Shown: positions 1 through 11,910, counted from the stretch's first letter. The stretch: 64,000 bases of DNA from Candidatus Dormiibacterota bacterium (GCA_963800175.1 CAWCZS010000002.1:2393382-2457381); one strand, 5' to 3'. Made by a program: numbers and translations. Notes: a model not told the origin generated them from the letters alone.

Positions 1-224
1 ATGACCTGCGGAAGGTCGAGACGTTCGTCGAGGAGACGGATGCTCTTGACCGGCACGAACGCGATCTCGCCTCCCTTGACCGCTTCGAAAGCGGGCGGGC
101 GGGTGCGCAGCGCGCATGCCCACTCCACCCTGCGCTCGAGACCGCCGCCGCCGCCGAGCAGGTCGGTACCGGGCGGCAGGATCCCGCGCCAGACGTCCTT
201 GACGGTGAGCGTCGGAGAGCTCAT
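1..224 (-). CDS. PucR-family transcriptional regulator, N-terminal fragment (runs off the window edge)
   Basis: Reverse-strand ATG at 222-224 opens MSSPTLTVKDVWRGILPPGTDLLGGGGGLERRVEWACALRTRPPAFEAVKGGEIAFVPVK, which resembles the PucR N-terminal domain. It starts 14 nt after the glnA stop. It is absent from the ORF track because no stop lies in the window. Confidence 0.5.
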   Translation of the reverse strand, partial: MSSPTLTVKDVWRGILPPGTDLLGGGGGLERRVEWACALRTRPPAFEAVKGGEIAFVPVKSIRLLDERLDLPQV

Positions 225-237
225 GTCGCGAGCCTGG

Positions 238-1578
238 TCAGCACCGCTCGAGGTACTGATCGATCTCCCACGGGGTGACCTGACCGCGGTACGCCTGCCA
301 CTCGAGGCGTTTTGCGGCGATGAACCGCTCCGCGAGATGGTCCCCGAGCGCATCGATGACGACTTCGTCGGCTTCGAGCGCATCGATGGCGTCCTTCAGG
401 TTGTCGGGGAGCACCCCGACATTGCGGCGCTCCAACTCGACCTCGTCGAACCCGTAGAGGGACTCCTCCACCGGCGGCGGCAGTGGCAGCCGCCGCTCGA
501 TGCCGTCGAGGCCGCATCGAAGCATCACCGCGAAGGCGAGATAGGCGTTGCACGACGGATCCGGGCTCCGCAGCTCCACCCGCGTCGCCTCGGCGCGTCC
601 GACGTGGGGGACGCGGATGAGCGCCCCGCGGTTGGTTCGCGCCCACGAGATGAAGATGGGAGCCTCGAAGCCGCGGACCAGGCGCTTGTAGGAGTTCACC
701 AACGGGGCGAGCACGGCAGTGATGCCGGCGGCGTGGTGCAACTGGCCTGCGATGAAGTGCTGCGCAATCTCGCTGAGCCCGTAGGCGTCGTCACCGGCGA
801 AGGCGTTCACGCCGTCACGGAGGCGCTCGAGGCTCTGGTGGACATGCATGCCGCTGCCCGGCTTGCCGTCGAATGGTTTGGGCATGAACGTCGCGATCAC
901 CCCGGATTGCTGCGCGACCGCCTTGAGCGCGTATCGGAAGGTGATCAGGTCGTCGGCGGCCTTGAGCGCCGGCGCGGCGTCGATATCGATCTCGTGCTGG
1001 CCCCCCGCGATCTCGTGGTGCGAGGTGTTGACTGCAATCCCCATGCTCATCAACGCGCTCACCATGCGCTGGCGGACGTCGCGGTTGCCGTCGCTCGAGA
1101 AGTCGAAGTACGAGCTGCGGTCGTTGCGGATGGGCACGAGCGACCCGTCGGCGGCCTTCTCGAGCAGGAAGAACTCGACCTCTGGCCCAACGCGGTATTC
1201 GAATCCGAGGCGCTCGGCGTCCTCCACGGCGCGCCGGAGCACGCCTCGTGGATCGCCCTGGTACGGCTCGCCGTCAGGGGTGGTCGCCCAGCAGATCAGC
1301 CGCGCGGTGGGCTCGTCGCCCCAGGGGAGCAGTTGAAAGGTCGACGGGTCCGGGACCAGGTACATGTCGGACTCCGCCGTGCGGGCGAACGAATCCACCG
1401 ATGAGCCGTCGAACCAGGTGCCGTGGGCGATCGCCTCGGACAGCTGAGAGGCCGGGATCGTGACCGTCTTCACGCCACCGATGACATCGGTGAACTGAAG
1501 GTCGATATGGCGGACGTGCGCCTCTTCCACACGAGCCAGAAGGTCGGGGGGCGCTTCCCTTTGGGTGGACGGTGGCAA
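238..1578 (-). CDS. glnA: Glutamine synthetase, type I
   Basis: 446-aa ORF with full-length GS hallmarks (VGPEVEFFL, NTSHHEIAGGQHEIDI, KPFDGKPGSGMHVHQSL, NSYKRLV, RVELRSPDPSCNAYLA). Confidence 0.9.
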   Translation of the reverse strand: MPPSTQREAPPDLLARVEEAHVRHIDLQFTDVIGGVKTVTIPASQLSEAIAHGTWFDGSSVDSFARTAESDMYLVPDPSTFQLLPWGDEPTARLICWATTPDGEPYQGDPRGVLRRAVEDAERLGFEYRVGPEVEFFLLEKAADGSLVPIRNDRSSYFDFSSDGNRDVRQRMVSALMSMGIAVNTSHHEIAGGQHEIDIDAAPALKAADDLITFRYALKAVAQQSGVIATFMPKPFDGKPGSGMHVHQSLERLRDGVNAFAGDDAYGLSEIAQHFIAGQLHHAAGITAVLAPLVNSYKRLVRGFEAPIFISWARTNRGALIRVPHVGRAEATRVELRSPDPSCNAYLAFAVMLRCGLDGIERRLPLPPPVEESLYGFDEVELERRNVGVLPDNLKDAIDALEADEVVIDALGDHLAERFIAAKRLEWQAYRGQVTPWEIDQYLERC

Positions 1579-1731
1579 TTGATGGCCTCCAACTGGTCCA
1601 ACTAGGCGGAGCGCACAAGCGCAGGTTGCTCAACGGATACTATCGCACCCTCGGGTTTTCTCAGACGCCCGAACTGGACCAGAACGTCGTGCGCGGCGCA
1701 CAGGCAGAGCGAGAACCGGTGCCCGCGAAGC

Positions 1732-2517
1732 TCAGGAAACCGCGACTCCCATCCCGCCGAACGTGGTCAGCGCCGCGGCGAACGCCGGCACCGACATCGT
1801 CCGCTCCACCCCATACAGCACGTCGACGAACGTGATCGTGTTCGCGACCGGGTCGTACCCGATCACCGGCACCGCGTGTTCGCCGACCGCCCAGGGAATC
1901 TGCCGACCGTCCCATGCCGTCCAGTACCGGGGCACGTGCGGCTTGAAGTCCGAGGTGAGCCAGACCACCACGAAGTCGCCCTCGCGCAACTCGGCGACAA
2001 TCTCAGGGACGGTCCACCCGGTGCGCCCGACCGCGGTGGCGCCGAAGTGCTCCGCAGCGGCGACGATCGGCGGGTAGTACACGCCGTAGCCGGTGTAGCT
2101 CGGCTCATACCCGTTCACATCACCGACGAACGCGACGTACGGATCGCCCCAGCGCTCCGGGTATCCGTCGGCGCCGAGTTGCACCGCCTGCGGCTGCTGC
2201 GGGAGGCTGTAGAAGATCGTGTCCTGGGGAACGAAGATGTTCTTGACGGCGAGCGCCACCTGCAGCGCCGCCGACTCGCAGTCGAGTGCCAGGTCCTGCT
2301 TGATGATCGGCGCCTGCAAGGACACGGCACCGGTCTGATTGAGTGTCGGCGACGCGGTTGGCGGCTCCGTGACGAGCGTCGGCGACGGCGTTGGGAGGAT
2401 CTGCGCGATGGCGTGCGCGGCGTTGCCCTGGGCGAGGGACCAGAGCGGCAACGCCACTGCGGCGGCGAGCACGAGTCCACCGACGGCTGCCACCGCCGGC
2501 CGGCGCAGGCGGATCAT
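1732..2517 (-). CDS. Secreted peptidase C39-like domain protein
   Basis: 261-aa ORF with an N-terminal signal/TM segment (AVGGLVLAAAVALPLWSLAQG) and a Pro/Thr linker. The remaining domain (LDCESAALQVAL...GDFVVVW...HAVPVIGYD) resembles the C39-like cysteine peptidase fold. Confidence 0.55.
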   Translation of the reverse strand: MIRLRRPAVAAVGGLVLAAAVALPLWSLAQGNAAHAIAQILPTPSPTLVTEPPTASPTLNQTGAVSLQAPIIKQDLALDCESAALQVALAVKNIFVPQDTIFYSLPQQPQAVQLGADGYPERWGDPYVAFVGDVNGYEPSYTGYGVYYPPIVAAAEHFGATAVGRTGWTVPEIVAELREGDFVVVWLTSDFKPHVPRYWTAWDGRQIPWAVGEHAVPVIGYDPVANTITFVDVLYGVERTMSVPAFAAALTTFGGMGVAVS

Positions 2518-2582
2518 CGGTCGGGCATCCGATCCACGGTCATATCACTCTAACCAGCGCCCCGGGAACTGGTTACATGCGC

Positions 2583-4445
<1,863 letters not shown>

Positions 4446-4519
4446 CGATGGTACGCCCCCTGTCACGAAGTGGCGACCAGGACTTGCAGAGATATCTCTC
4501 GAGAGATATAATTCGATAC

Positions 4520-5174
4520 ATGGATGTCGATACGAATCTCTCCAACCCCCAGGATCACCGCATTGAGGTCGCTGCGCTCCCCGATCCCGAGCCGCGCAAG
4601 CTCACGGACCCGAGGGCGATGCGCGCCGTCGCCCACCCGGTGCGAATCGCGCTGCTCGAGGTGCTCGGTACCGAGGGCCCGCTGACGGCCACCCAGGCCG
4701 GCGAGCTCATCGGCGAGAGCCCGACCACGTGCTCCTTCCACCTTCGCCAGCTCGCCAAGTACGGCTTCATCGAGGAGGTCGCCGGCGTTGCCGGGCGCAA
4801 GCGCCCGTGGCGCCTCGTGAACACCGGAATGAGCTACTCCGATGTCAGCGACGACACGGAGACCCGCCTGGCGGCGAACGCCCTCAGCCGCGTCCTCCAC
4901 GACTTCTACCTCGACCGGCTCAAGGAAGGTCTCGAGCTTCGTCGCGATATCTCCACCGAGTGGCAGAAGACCACCGGCGCCAGCGAGTTCCTGCTCTACG
5001 TGACGCCGGATGAGCTCCGCGAGCTGGACGAGAACATGACCGCGCTGGCCCGGCAGATACGTCGACCGCATCGGCAACCCCAAGAAACGTCCGAAGGGAT
5101 CCATTCCGATCGAGCTGCTGTTCTTCGCATATCCCCGCCCAGCGCATCGCGGTTATCCGCGAGCGGCGCGCTGA
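4520..5174 (+). CDS. ArsR-type winged-helix regulator (family usually paired with an MFS exporter); apparent frameshift near 5055
   Basis: ATG at 4520 gives MDVDT...RAMRAVAHPVRIALLEVLGTEGPLTATQAGELIGESPTTCSFHLRQLAKYGFIEE (ArsR HTH). After ...ELDENMTALAR the protein-like C-terminus (YVDRIGNPKKRPKGSIPIELLFFAYP, stop 5172-5174) continues in another frame. The in-frame continuation to 5362 is Arg/His-rich nonsense. Confidence 0.7.
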
Positions 5175-5225
5175 GCTGTCATCCCGGACACAACACACAT
5201 CACGAACTAAAAGGAGGTAAACGCC

Positions 5226-5372
5226 ATGACCAACTTGCAGAACATCGAGCTGGCTCGCTCCATCGAGCGCCGGCGCGTCTTCTGTGCCGAGCACGAATGC
5301 TCGAATCGCACAGTCCTGCATCGCGTCACGACCATGTTGAACACATTGTCGGATCGCCGTGACCGCAGCTGA
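5226..5372 (+). CDS. Small ORF (48 aa), possible leader peptide or small protein
   Basis: ATG at 5226 is preceded by a strong Shine-Dalgarno (AAAGGAGGTAAACGCC). The product is MTNLQNIELARSIERRRVFCAEHECSNRTVLHRVTTMLNTLSDRRDRS. A perfect hairpin follows directly. It is too short for the ORF track. Confidence 0.35.
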   Translation: MTNLQNIELARSIERRRVFCAEHECSNRTVLHRVTTMLNTLSDRRDRS

Positions 5373-5389
5373 TGCGGACACACACCGTG

Positions 5390-5415
5390 CGGAGGCACGC
5401 GTGAGCGTGCCTCCG
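5390..5415 (+). terminator. Perfect 11-bp stem / 4-nt loop hairpin between the small ORF and the MFS start
   Basis: CGGAGGCACGC-GTGA-GCGTGCCTCCG followed by TTGTGGGTG. It ends 22 nt before the GTG start of the MFS gene. Confidence 0.5.
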
Positions 5416-5437
5416 TTGTGGGTGCGGGTCTAACCCC

Positions 5438-6694
5438 GTGCTCGCGCTGCTGCGTGATCGCAATGGACGCCGGTATCTCATCGGCCAGTTGCTCTCCGTC
5501 TTCGGAGATACCGCCCTGTGGCTCGCGGCAGGCATCTGGGTCAAGACCCTCACCGGCAGCAACGCTCTAGCGGGCCTCACGTTCTTCGCGTTCAGCGCAC
5601 CGTCTGTGCTCGCGCCCGCGGCCGGCATGTTCGTCGACCGCATGAAAAAGAAGCCACTCCTGGTGGCGACCGACCTCGCGCTCGGCGCGGGAGTCCTGTT
5701 GCTCCTCCTGGTGCACGGTCGCGACCAGGTGTGGCTCATCTATCTCGTCATGGTGCTCTACGGACTCGCGTACGGTGTCCTCGGCTCAGGGGAATCCGCA
5801 CTGCTGCGCGAGATGCTGCCCGAGGAGTTGCTCGGCAACGCCAACGGACTCCTGCAGACATTCCGTCAGGGCATCCGGCTTGTCGGTCCTGTCGCCGGCG
5901 CCGGTCTGTTCGCGTGGAAAGGTGGTGGCGCCGTTGCAATCGTCGACGCATGCACGTTCCTCGTCGCCGCAGTGGCCACGTTCTCGTTGCACGTCACCGA
6001 GGTGAAACCGGTGCGCACCGAGCATCACTGGTTCGACGAGGTGACGGCCGGCATCCGTCACGCATGGACCACCACCGTGCTCCGACAGATCCTCACCGCG
6101 TGCCTGCTGATCATCGTCCCGATCGGGTTCTTCGAGACGATCTCGTTCGCCGTTGTCAGCATGGGACTGCACAAGCCGCCGACCTTCCTCGGCATCCTCG
6201 CGACGACGCAGGGAGTCGGTGCGATTGTCGGTGGCCTCACCGCCGCAGCGGTCATGAAGCGCACGAACGAGGGCGCGTTGTTCGCGTTCGCCTGCCTGCT
6301 CTTTGCCGCCGCATCACTCCTGCTGACGTTGCAATGGCTCCCGGGAGTCCTCGCCGGAGCGCTCGTTGTCGGCGCGTGCCTCCCCTGGGTGCTCGTCTCC
6401 CTCTTCACGCTCACCCAGCGCCGCACGCCGCTGGCGTTGCAGGGGCGCGTGTACTCGGCGTTCGACACGCTGATCGGGCTCCCACAGACCATTTCGATCG
6501 CCGCCGGCGCGGGACTGATCGCGTTCGTCGACTACCGGCTGTTGCTCATCTTCTCGGCCGTGATGGGCGTTGTCGCCGCCGTGTATCTCCTCACCCGCGA
6601 CGAGCAGCGGCGAATCCCGCCCGACGTGTCGGGTGAGCCACTTGCCCTTCCCTATGCCGAGGCGGAGGACGCGGTCACACTGCCGATCGCCTGA
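5438..6694 (+). CDS. MFS transporter (MFS_3 / enterobactin-exporter-like)
   Basis: 418-aa ORF that is polytopic throughout. The N-terminus LLRDRNGRRYLIGQLLSVFGD is typical of this MFS subfamily. It is adjacent to an ArsR-type regulator. Confidence 0.85.
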   Translation: MLALLRDRNGRRYLIGQLLSVFGDTALWLAAGIWVKTLTGSNALAGLTFFAFSAPSVLAPAAGMFVDRMKKKPLLVATDLALGAGVLLLLLVHGRDQVWLIYLVMVLYGLAYGVLGSGESALLREMLPEELLGNANGLLQTFRQGIRLVGPVAGAGLFAWKGGGAVAIVDACTFLVAAVATFSLHVTEVKPVRTEHHWFDEVTAGIRHAWTTTVLRQILTACLLIIVPIGFFETISFAVVSMGLHKPPTFLGILATTQGVGAIVGGLTAAAVMKRTNEGALFAFACLLFAAASLLLTLQWLPGVLAGALVVGACLPWVLVSLFTLTQRRTPLALQGRVYSAFDTLIGLPQTISIAAGAGLIAFVDYRLLLIFSAVMGVVAAVYLLTRDEQRRIPPDVSGEPLALPYAEAEDAVTLPIA

Positions 6695-7987
6695 GGCCCG
6701 ACGTCATCGGGCACCTGGTGTGTCCGGCATATCTCCGCGAAGAGGGCAGCGCTCGGCTTGGGAATTCGCTCCTGTGTCTCGCGATCGACAGCGATGAGAC
6801 CGAAGCGCTGTGTGTATCCCTCGGCCCATTCGAAGTTGTCCCATGCCGTCCAGTACAGGTAGCCGCGGACGTCCACACCGGCATCGATCGCATCGGCCAC
6901 GGCGTTGAGGTGATCACGCAGATACGCGGGGCGCAACTCGTCGTGGTCGTCGGACACACCGTTCTCCGTGACGATGATCGGGAGTCCGAACTCGCGCCAG
7001 AGGTCGGTGAGCGCGTTGCGCAACCCCGTCGCGTCGATCGCCCAGCCCGCACCCGAGAGTGGCAAGCCCCCTACCGCTTCGTGCCTCGCGAAGAGCATTC
7101 CCGGAGCACCGACGTCGAGCGACACCGATTCGCTGGTGTAGTGGTTCAGACCGAGGTATGTCAGCGAGCCCGCGAGTCCGGGGACGACCTCGCCGTGTCC
7201 GACGGGCCGCAGCACTTTTCCTGCGACACAACTTCGGAGAAACCACCGGTTGAACAGAAAATCCGGGACACGGCTCACGGCCCGATCCACCGATGACGAC
7301 GGATCGCGCGGCAGCAAACGACGCTCGTGATGCGCGATCGATATCTGCGCAGTTCGGTGGTGCGCTTCCGACACAACGTTGATCGCATGCGCCGCGGCAG
7401 CGTGCATGCGCAGGAGCCCGCGCAGAGCGACGAGCGTGTTGCGCAACGAGTGTTCGCCGGGCGGCCACACGCCCTCGAGATGGCCGAGCACCGCGACCAC
7501 AGTGGGCTCGTTGATCGTCACCCACCAGGTGACCATGTCGCCGAACGCCTCGGCGCACGCGGCTGCATATCGCGCAAAGCGCATCGGAGCATCGGGAGCG
7601 CCGAAGCCCCCCAACTCCGCGAGCCACACCGGCAGCGTGAAGTGGTGCAGCGTGGCCACGGGCTCCATGCCGTTGCTGCGGCACGTGCGCACGACATCCG
7701 CGTAGTGCGCCAGCGCGTCGCGGTCGAATTTCCCGGGCTGCGGCTCGATGCGTGCCCACTCGATCGAGAAACGATGCGCGTTGTGACGCATCGAACCCGA
7801 GTTGTGCGAGATCCTCTCGATAACGACGGTAGTGATCGATGGCGATGACCGCGTCACCGCCGCCGGCAATCGCCTCCGGGTGATCGGCGACCCACCTCGA
7901 CCAGTCGTTGTCGATGCCACCCTCCACCTGATGTGCGGCGGTCGCGCACCCGAGGAGGAGTCCCTCGGGCAACTGCCGTGGTGTCAC
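6652..7987 (-). CDS. GH1 beta-glucosidase; apparent frameshift near 7790
   Basis: The C-terminal 380 aa (HRFSIEWARIEP...TINEP...IIVTENG...WDNFEWAEGY) lie in ORF 6652-7920. The N-terminal GH1 block (LPEGLLLGCATAAHQVEGG...DHYRRYREDLAQLG) lies in the frame of ORF 6914-8191. The GTG start at 7985-7987 overlaps the upstream stop as GTGA. Confidence 0.8.
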
Positions 7988-8235
7988 CCGCCGGCCGCGG
8001 GTGCTGCGAGCACGAGACGCCGGAATCCGTCCGCGGGCTCGTCGACAACCACACTCACACCGTTCTTGCGGCTCCACGCGCGCACCGCGAAGGCGTGCTC
8101 GGCAACCGGCGAACGAACTTCGAGGCGACCCCCGGGTTCCAGCCGTGCGTACGCCCGGCGCACTCGCTCCAGCGCTCCCGGGTCGGTGCACAGTTCTTCC
8201 GAGCCGCTCAGGTCGAGGACGGTGCTTTCAGGCAT
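7984..8235 (-). CDS. TusA/SirA-like sulfurtransferase-fold small protein
   Basis: 83 aa from the internal ATG at 8233-8235: MPESTVLDLSGSEELCTDPGALERVRRAYARLEPGGRLEVRS...GVSVVVDE...FRRLVL. This matches the TusA pattern LDxxGxxCPxP...G..L.V. The upstream part of the 129-aa ORF is not protein-like. Confidence 0.5.
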   Translation of the reverse strand: MPESTVLDLSGSEELCTDPGALERVRRAYARLEPGGRLEVRSPVAEHAFAVRAWSRKNGVSVVVDEPADGFRRLVLAAPAAGG

Positions 8236-8700
8236 GCCAGGCCTGGGATGACGGACGAACGGAGCGTTGTGGATGCACGACAGCAGAATACGTGCGGCCC
8301 CGTGGCAAGGGCTGGGCAAGCTGCTGAACGGCCGGCAAAGCCCGTAGTCGCCACGCTGCCGGAAGGCCGGCATGGCGGAGTGCGCGAAATACCTTCAAAC
8401 GCTCAGCGCCCAGTCGCTCGTTGGCCATCCCGGGCGCCGAAAGCGCACCGGATGACCCGGTCTTCCAGAAGGGCCGGACGCGCCCTTTCTCCAAGCCCCA
8501 TCGCGGACCGGCCCATAATGCGCGAATGCCCACACCAGAGCCGCTCCGCCACGACGATGCATTCGACGACGTGGAGGAGAGCCCTCGACGGGTCGCCGGC
8601 ACCGTCCGGCTCATGACCGAGGATCCGTTCGAGCTCGACGACGCGCCGGACACCGGGATCGGTCAGCGCATCTCCTCGATCGCCGCCAGGAGCCCGTGGA

Positions 8701-9831
8701 TCATCCCCGCCGTGCTGGTGGGGATCGGCGTGGCTTTCCTGGTACTGCGCCGCCGGCGCTGACCTCCAGACCCTCGCGAGATACCGCTGCCACCAGCGGC
8801 GGGCTGTCCGATCTGGCGAAGATCTCGAGCATCAGCGCCTCGAATGCCAGGCGAGGCTGGGCGTAGTTCGCGACGGACTCAGCGGTCTCGAGGATGCTTG
8901 CCAGGATCTCGACGATCCGGGTGAGATCGAGATCCTCAGCCCAGGCTTCGAGCGCTGGGCGATACGCCTTCCAGACTGCGAGTTCCGGCGCTCCCGAGGC
9001 GAAGCAGGCGGCGTCGCGCACAAACGACGCCCAGGCCCCGAGCGTGATCAGCGCCTGCTCACGCACCTCGGCGCTGCGTTCCGTCCCAGCTGCTGCGGCG
9101 ACCGTCACCGACGCGGCGGTCCGAAGCGCACCCTCGGCTCCCCCGCCACCTGCGCCGATGAATCGATCAAGGGCGTCGAGCTCGGCTTTGAGTGCCCCCG
9201 GATCAGTCGCGAGGTGCAGGGCACGTCCGGGCCGTCCCGCCGCCAGGGCTGCAGCGGTGGAGGCGTCGCGCTCACTCACCGTGTGGACCCGCTCGAGCCA
9301 GGCTTCGATCGCCGCCGGGGCTACCGGACCCAACACCACCGTCTCGCAACGCGACCGCACGGTCTGCGGAAGCTGCTCCGGATGCGCTGACGTGAGGATG
9401 AGGTGCGCTCGCGGCGGCGGCTCCTCGAGCGTCTTCAGGAGGTTGTCCGCCGCCTGCTCGGTGAGGCGCTCAGCACGGGCGATCACCGCGACCCGCCGGC
9501 CGCCCGCGTAGGCGGACAGCGAGAGGAACTGCTGCAGGGATGGTCCTGCTTCCTCCTCACCGGGCTTGCGCTTCGGCGAGGGGCGCATGCGATCGATGCC
9601 CACGTTCTCCGCGGCCAAGTCCTCCACCCAGAAGTCGGGGTGGGCATCGAGCCCGCCTGGCCAGCTCGCCGCAGCGAGGAGCTCGCCGGCGAGGGCGAGC
9701 GCCGCAGTCGTCTTGCCGACGCCCTCGGGGCCGATCAGAAGGAGGGCATGCGTGAGCTCCTCATCGATCCCCATCGCCGCCAGACGCTGGAGGACGGGAC
9801 CGTGGCCGATGACGGAGTCGAGCGTGGTCAC
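8701..9831 (-). CDS. holB: DNA polymerase III delta-prime subunit
   Basis: 376 aa with HALLLIGPEGVGKTTAALALAGELL (AAA+ Walker A), NLLKTLEEPP and the SRC sensor motif (TVRSRCE). Confidence 0.85.
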   Translation of the reverse strand: MTTLDSVIGHGPVLQRLAAMGIDEELTHALLLIGPEGVGKTTAALALAGELLAAASWPGGLDAHPDFWVEDLAAENVGIDRMRPSPKRKPGEEEAGPSLQQFLSLSAYAGGRRVAVIARAERLTEQAADNLLKTLEEPPPRAHLILTSAHPEQLPQTVRSRCETVVLGPVAPAAIEAWLERVHTVSERDASTAAALAAGRPGRALHLATDPGALKAELDALDRFIGAGGGGAEGALRTAASVTVAAAAGTERSAEVREQALITLGAWASFVRDAACFASGAPELAVWKAYRPALEAWAEDLDLTRIVEILASILETAESVANYAQPRLAFEALMLEIFARSDSPPLVAAVSREGLEVSAGGAVPGKPRRSPPARRG

Positions 9832-9892
9832 GGGACGGATTGTGCAGAATTGCCCGCGGTGACTCAGCCTCCGACGCCCAGCACAGGCAGCG

Positions 9893-10828
9893 GTGCCGTC
9901 GCATCCGGTCGAGAGTGGGCGCCACTACGCCGCACGCGTGGTCCTCTACATGGAAGCGGCGTTCCTCGTGCTCATCGCTTTCGGCTTCTTGAGCGGCACG
10001 CAGGGAACCGATCTGCTGAGCGTGGCCGGTGGCGGCGGGCTCTGCATCGTGGGAGTGGTCATCCTCGGCGTCGGCGCCACCCGGATGCGACACGACGTGC
10101 CGGTGGTCCGCGACCCCGCCGATCCTGACGCGACGGTGCCGTGGGACTGGACCGACTTCCTCATGTTCTGGCCGGGATGGTTCAGCGCGTTCCAACTGCT
10201 TGGATCGCTGGCCGTCATCCTCACCGACGTCATCGGCAGCAACTCCGATCCGACGGTGCGCAACGCGATCGAGTCATCCGTGCTCGCTGTCTGCCAGTAC
10301 GGCGCGATGCTCTTCAACATCTTCGTGCTCGCGTTCATGCGTCGCGGTGGCACGTTGCGCGACCTCGGATGGCGCGGTTTCAAGTGGTGGTGGCTTCCCG
10401 TGGCGCCAATCGCGACGTACGTTGCGCTGGTCGGCGCGAATTATTTGCAGGTCCTCAACCAGAGCCTGTTCCCCGGTGTCACCAACGGTCAGTGCCACGA
10501 GGTCCAGCATGACTACAGCCATTACTACGTGTTGGCCATCATCGTCGTCTGCGTCATCGCGCCGATCTCGGAGGAAACCATCTTCCGCGGCTTCATCTAT
10601 GGATGGCTCCACCGATGGGGACCGGCAGTCTTCGCGGTGCCGTTGAGTGCGGCGATCTTCTCGGCACTCCACCAGCAGTTGGTGCTGTTCCTGCCGCTGT
10701 TCTTCGTCGGTCTGGTGCTTGCGTCGCTGTATCAAGGCTCGAAGAGCATTGTCCCGGGCATCCTCACGCACGCGCTTTTCAACCTACCCAACATCATCGC
10801 GATCCTGAGCACGACAACCACCTGCTGA
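9893..10828 (+). CDS. CPBP (CAAX/Abi) family intramembrane metalloprotease
   Basis: Polytopic protein with the signature motifs APISEETIFRG, FSALHQ and HALFNL. The exact start is uncertain. Confidence 0.8.
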   Translation: MPSHPVESGRHYAARVVLYMEAAFLVLIAFGFLSGTQGTDLLSVAGGGGLCIVGVVILGVGATRMRHDVPVVRDPADPDATVPWDWTDFLMFWPGWFSAFQLLGSLAVILTDVIGSNSDPTVRNAIESSVLAVCQYGAMLFNIFVLAFMRRGGTLRDLGWRGFKWWWLPVAPIATYVALVGANYLQVLNQSLFPGVTNGQCHEVQHDYSHYYVLAIIVVCVIAPISEETIFRGFIYGWLHRWGPAVFAVPLSAAIFSALHQQLVLFLPLFFVGLVLASLYQGSKSIVPGILTHALFNLPNIIAILSTTTTC

Positions 10829-11133
10829 GTGCGCCATTCGGACGTACGCGTGGTGTATGTTCAAGCTGGGTCAAGAGGGAGTTGGCCAGGAAGACGTATG
10901 GCAGGGGTGCCGATGAGCGATATGAACCGCGATACAACGGGTACGCCCCGCGGCGAAGTCGAGACTGCTCGATGGGCGCGCATCGAGCAAGGCGTTCGGC
11001 AGGATGCCGCACGCCTTGCTCGTCTCGTGCTCGAGGGCCAGGCCGCAGGTTACGAAGCGCAGTTGCTCGCGCGACGCATCGAACTCGGTGCGTACCGAGG
11101 GGATCGGCGCCGAGTACTGAGTCGCGGTCCCGG

Positions 11134-11910
11134 TCAGACGACGGACTGTATCTGACCGCCGTCTACGGCGATGGAAGCGCCGGTGACGAATGACGCCGCG
11201 GGTGAGCAGAGGAACGCCGCCACTCGCGCGATTTCATCCGGCTCGCCGACGCGCCCGAGCGGATTGATCGCGCCTGCGCGCTCGAAGAACGCGTCCAGGT
11301 CGGTTACTCCGGATGCGCGTGCGATCTCGATCTGACGGTCAGTGCGAATCGCTCCCGGGAGGAGCGAGTTGACGCGAATCGTCGGCGCAAGCTCGTTGGA
11401 AAGCGTCTTCGCCAGGCCGCTGACCGAGCCACGGATGCTGTTGCTCAACGTCAGCCCGCTGATCGGTTGTTTGACACTTGTCGACGTGATGAACAGGATT
11501 GCGCCTGCGTCGGACTTGCTGAGCGCCGGCAACGCTGCTTGCACGAGATGCACCGCGCTCATGAACGTAAGTCGATACGCAGCGTCGAATTTCTCGTCGT
11601 CCAGTTCCGCGAAGGAGGCCCGCGGCGGTCCACCGGCATTGACGACGAGTGCATCGAGTCGTTCGAACTCCGTCACCGTGCGCTCGACAGCGAGTCTCGC
11701 CTGCTCGGGATCTGCGACATCCGCGACCGTGGCGACGACGCGGCCTCCATGGGTACGAACACGTTTTGCTGCGGCTTCCAGGGTCTCCTCCGAGCGTGCG
11801 CACATCCCGACATCCGCACCTTCGGCCGCGAACTGTTCGGCGATCGCTCGGCCCATGCCCTTGCTCGACGCGGCGACGAAAGCAGCGCGTCCCCGGAGCC
11901 CCAGATCCAT
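11134..11910 (-). CDS. SDR-family oxidoreductase
   Basis: 258 aa with AAFVAASSKGMGRA (cofactor-binding Gly-rich motif), NAGG and a typical classical-SDR layout. Confidence 0.9.
   Translation of the reverse strand: MDLGLRGRAAFVAASSKGMGRAIAEQFAAEGADVGMCARSEETLEAAAKRVRTHGGRVVATVADVADPEQARLAVERTVTEFERLDALVVNAGGPPRASFAELDDEKFDAAYRLTFMSAVHLVQAALPALSKSDAGAILFITSTSVKQPISGLTLSNSIRGSVSGLAKTLSNELAPTIRVNSLLPGAIRTDRQIEIARASGVTDLDAFFERAGAINPLGRVGEPDEIARVAAFLCSPAASFVTGASIAVDGGQIQSVV

Noticed and set aside
1-1404. 467-aa plus-strand ORF starting at base 1
   Set aside because: It is entirely antisense to the well-supported glnA gene. Its Arg/Pro/His-rich composition is typical of shadow ORFs in high-GC DNA.
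6914-8191. 425-aa minus-strand ORF as an independent gene
   Set aside because: It is mostly Arg/Ala-rich nonsense overlapping the GH1 and TusA-like frames. Only its ~7790-7987 part (LPEGLLLGCATAAHQVEGG...) is real, and it is interpreted as the frameshifted GH1 N-terminus.
8421-8762. 113-aa ORF with a C-terminal TM segment between the TusA-like gene and holB
   Set aside because: It would overlap the 3' end of holB by about 60 nt in convergent orientation, and it has no recognisable RBS or family signature. It is left unannotated as uncertain.
10829-11155. 108-aa ORF between the CPBP protease and the SDR gene
   Set aside because: It has no convincing RBS or motif and overlaps the SDR stop. 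It may be a small real gene starting at the ATG at 10913, but support is insufficient.
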